Assembly (NCBI GenBank): GCA_964016885.1
Contig: OZ024748.1
Location: 6,634,001-6,698,000, forward strand
DNA from: Eledone cirrhosa
Lineage: Eukaryota
Direction of reading: 5' to 3'
Length of the DNA: 64,000 nucleotides
Positions 60,293 through 64,000 of this stretch are shown here, in pieces. Numbering within the stretch: the first letter of the stretch is position 1; every line of letters starts with the position of its first letter. A program made the position numbers and the translations under genes. The notes beneath the pieces were generated by a model that worked only from the letters and a program-made list of their open reading frames with translations, ran no database searches and had not been told where the DNA came from.

Positions 60293-60673
60293 TAATTGTC
60301 TCTACTTTTTGCACAAGGCCAGCAATTACTCAGTTCATTACTGGTACTTTATTTTATCGACCCCCGTAAGGAGAAAAGGCAAAGTTAACATCGACGGGGT
60401 TTGAACACAGACCGTAAAGGGACGTAACTATGCTAGAAAGTATAGCGTCCGACCCTCTACCGATACTGGCATTCCACCGCCCTTATCCATCTGCAGTTGC
60501 AATAATTGTTTCTACTTTTCTTGCTCAGTGTGTGACTGGTACTTTATTTTATCGACCCCGTAAGGATGAAAGGCAAAGTTAACCTCGGCTGGATTTGAAC
60601 TCAGAATGGCAAGGGCCGTAACTCTATGCGTCAAAGCATGGTGTCCGACCCTCTACCGATACTGCCAATCCAC
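60293..60673 (-). mobile_element. Two tandem SINE S1 copies (~60293-60482, ~60503-60673)
   Basis: Both align to the S1 consensus. Confidence 0.87.
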
Positions 60674-60897
60674 AGTTGCAATAATGACGGTGATGATGAC
60701 GATGGTAAGTTTCCAATGGATGGCGATAGAAAATACTGAGATAATTACGACGACAAGCTATAATATAAACGTCACTCTACCGATACTGCATATTCTTATA
60801 AGAATTAATACCAGTTTTACTGAGGCTTCTGATGCACAATGTAAAAAATGATTTTATATCTAGGATAAGTTGCTGGAGATATCTTAAAATAAATAAA

Positions 60898-61081
60898 TGT
60901 TTCTACTTTTGGCACAAGGCCAGCAATTAACCAGTGCATTACTGGTACTTTATTTTATCGACCACGTAAGGATGAAAGGCAAAGTTAACCTCGGCGGGAT
61001 TTGAACTCAGTCCGTAAAGGGACGTAACTATGCTGCAAAGCATAGAGTCCGATCCTCTACCGATACTGCCAATCCACCGCC
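60898..61081 (-). mobile_element. SINE S1, full length, 22-bp TSD
   Basis: TSD tatcttaaaataaataaatgtt at 60880-60901 and 61082-61103. Confidence 0.92.
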
Positions 61082-61215
61082 TATCTTAAAATAAATAAAT
61101 GTTAACTGGAAAGGGTAATGAAAATTCATCGCAATACTAACAGAAGTCTCCAGAGATTCAGCTATTGACACCCTTCAGACATGGGAATCGTGTGTTTGTG
61201 TATTATGTATATACG

Positions 61216-61251
<36 letters not shown>

Positions 61252-61337
61252 TATACTCACAAACACACACACGCATACATATAAATATATATATGGAGGG
61301 GCATGTATGTCCTTCTGGTTGCATTATTTTATAAATT

Positions 61338-61368
<31 letters not shown>

Positions 61369-62674
61369 ATGAATGAGTCTGTATGTGGCTGTGAGTGTGT
61401 ATGTGGCTGTATGTGTGTGTGTATGTATGTTTATGAGCTTGTGTGTTTTGTATGTCGATGTTGCAGATAACATCGTAACGAATATCAAATGTCGCAATCG
61501 GGAAAACAATGCACTACCTCTTGGAAGCAGTTGTTGTATTGAGGTTAGTTGTTATATTTTATAGCAACTTTCTGACTTATTCGTCTAAATGTATCTGTAT
61601 ATGTTTACGTTGACGGGTGTAACCTCGATTACACGGTAATATACACCAACATACAATACATAATCCATCCTCAATAAGTATCGATGAATGGAAAAACTAA
61701 CTAGTGTTGTCAGGTATGAAGCCGGTAAAAGTGATATATTCAAGATTCTAGAGTGCAAGTTATAAAATATATGAACCGAGTGACAGAAATCCAAATCCAG
61801 TGCAAACAATTGTAAAAAAAAATATAAAACATAATTCTCTATAAGTGAAAAACTACACCTGCATCCAATTCCCGTAGGCAACCAATAGGTTATAGCAATA
61901 CTATCATGTATTACAACCGAAGTTCTATTCCCATTAGCACCATAAGCAACTTCTCTGCAATTCAAGAAAAAGATATCACGCGGGAGCTTAAGAAAAGTTT
62001 ACTGAAAGAATTAGTTCATCAGATGATGAATACAAACCCACAAGAATCGTGCAATAGCTGAGGCTGTGTGTGCAGACAAAACTGAATGATATCCCAATAT
62101 TTCGAGTAAAAAGAATGGAAGTAATTGGTTATGACACCAAACAGAAACTGAACGTCAATAAAACAGGCTTAGTGGGATTTCAAAAACTGTTTTCGTCGCC
62201 GATGTCTCAAAAGATCGTTTAATATTCCTATAAAAAGAATATAGCAATATTTTCACCCACAATTTTAGATGAACATAGCGCATTTTGAAAATTCTTTTTT
62301 TAATCTTTGTTAGGTCAAAGTGTTCTAAGAACATATTCACTGCAATCTATAACTAATTTAAGAAAATAGCAAATAGACCCTATTTAACGACGTAGCAAAC
62401 CGATGTTTTGTTTCTGAAAAAAAAAATAATCATCAATTTTTTAGACAATGGAATAAGATGTAATTGCTCTTAGGTAAGGCTTATTACCAGCAAATTTGAG
62501 GACAGTTAAATAAAAAACTTGGTTGTTTATGAACCTCAAGACAGGGATTGAAACTAGTCCAGCTGATCCATCATTCTCTGTCCACATGTATGGTATATAG
62601 ACAGAAAGGTTATCTACGTCTATCCATACACATAGTGTTAGTCAAAAATCGATACGTATATATTTTATAGTGCA

Positions 62675-62714
<40 letters not shown>

Positions 62715-62835
62715 GGGGGGGGTATGTATGTTTGTTTGTGCGTGTGATTTTCTGTGAGTGTGTGTGTCAGAGAGAGAGAGAGTTTCTGTGTATATCAAAG
62801 ATATATGTATATATATATATATATTGTGTATGTGA

Positions 62836-62972
<137 letters not shown>

Positions 62973-64000
62973 TTTATCGGGTTATTGGCACAAACAATTT
63001 AAGATTTGTAAGAAGATAATAAAATTTAGTAAGACAAGCGCCAAGAAATCATTGTTTGAGTACAAACTAAAGAATAAAAGAGGAGAAACCAATACTTGTT
63101 CTACTGAAAGTAAAAATCAGTCTTTATGGTCCCAGACATACTTATGGACAAAAAAAATATAACAAGAAAAAGAAAAGTCCAAATAAACAATCGATGTCAT
63201 TGTTTGAAATGTCCTAGTGTTTGCTAAGTATGAATTTATCTACACAGATAATAGAATTTGTAACTATGTAGGGTCGTAATCCTGCCAACATTCTAACATT
63301 GGTGATTGAAATATATCTTGACGAAAAACTCATCACAAATGATGTTTTACATGCGAATCAATGAATAACAATAACAACAACAACAACAACAACAATAATA
63401 ATATTAATAATTATTATTTCTGATTTAGGCACAAGGCCAACAATTTTGGGAGACGGGAAAAGTTATTGTTTTTTTTTGCCAGGAAGATGGGCCCCAATGG
63501 CCAACGGGGCCCTGTCCTTAAGCACACCTAAGCATAATGGTAAATTCGGCACTGACCCTTCGGTGTTCCAAAACTGTGTGAGTTGTGGGAGGATTAACAT
63601 CTCACGATTCATACACGGCTTCATGTTGAAGAGACTCGTAAAAGCCGGACATTTTAAACATTTTCTATATTTCCCACGTAGAAATTGAATGTTTCACTAC
63701 TCATATGGGAAATGTTTCACTGCATCCTTCAATGATTTTACATTAAACGCCACCATCGTATAAAATATATTTCTTCTAAAATATCTATTTAATTATACAT
63801 AAAGTTCATATTTACATATGTAATAGTATGTTTTGGATGTCTGAGTGTTTATATTTTAAGTACATATAAAGATTGTATTTCATTACAGAGCTGAATCTTT
63901 TTGAATATCTCCAATGTTAGAAATTCAATCTCACTATGTAAATATCATAGTATCCTTAATATGTCGGTACATTTCTGTCTTAAAATAGCCTTCTTACCAC

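Overview
Very AT-rich, microsatellite-saturated metazoan DNA. The repeat landscape and SINE family suggest an octopus/coleoid cephalopod (inference). The only host coding sequence is the terminal homeobox exon of a central-class Hox gene, Lox2, on the minus strand (4198-4475). I found no hexapeptide (YPWM) exon upstream, so the remaining ~59.5 kb is probably one very large intron. That region holds about 15 copies of a tRNA-derived SINE (several with clear target-site duplications), fragments of RLE-type non-LTR retrotransposons (R4/Dong-like, CRE-like), a Penelope-like (PLE) ORF fragment, small MITEs and several minisatellites. The most notable signal is a set of about 9 type I hammerhead-ribozyme-like motifs (CUGAnGA - stem II - GAAA - short stem III - NUH) from several families, mostly in short elements bordered by (TA)n tracts. 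Many of these and related elements form long fold-back palindromes. Almost all ORFs in the supplied track are microsatellite artefacts.
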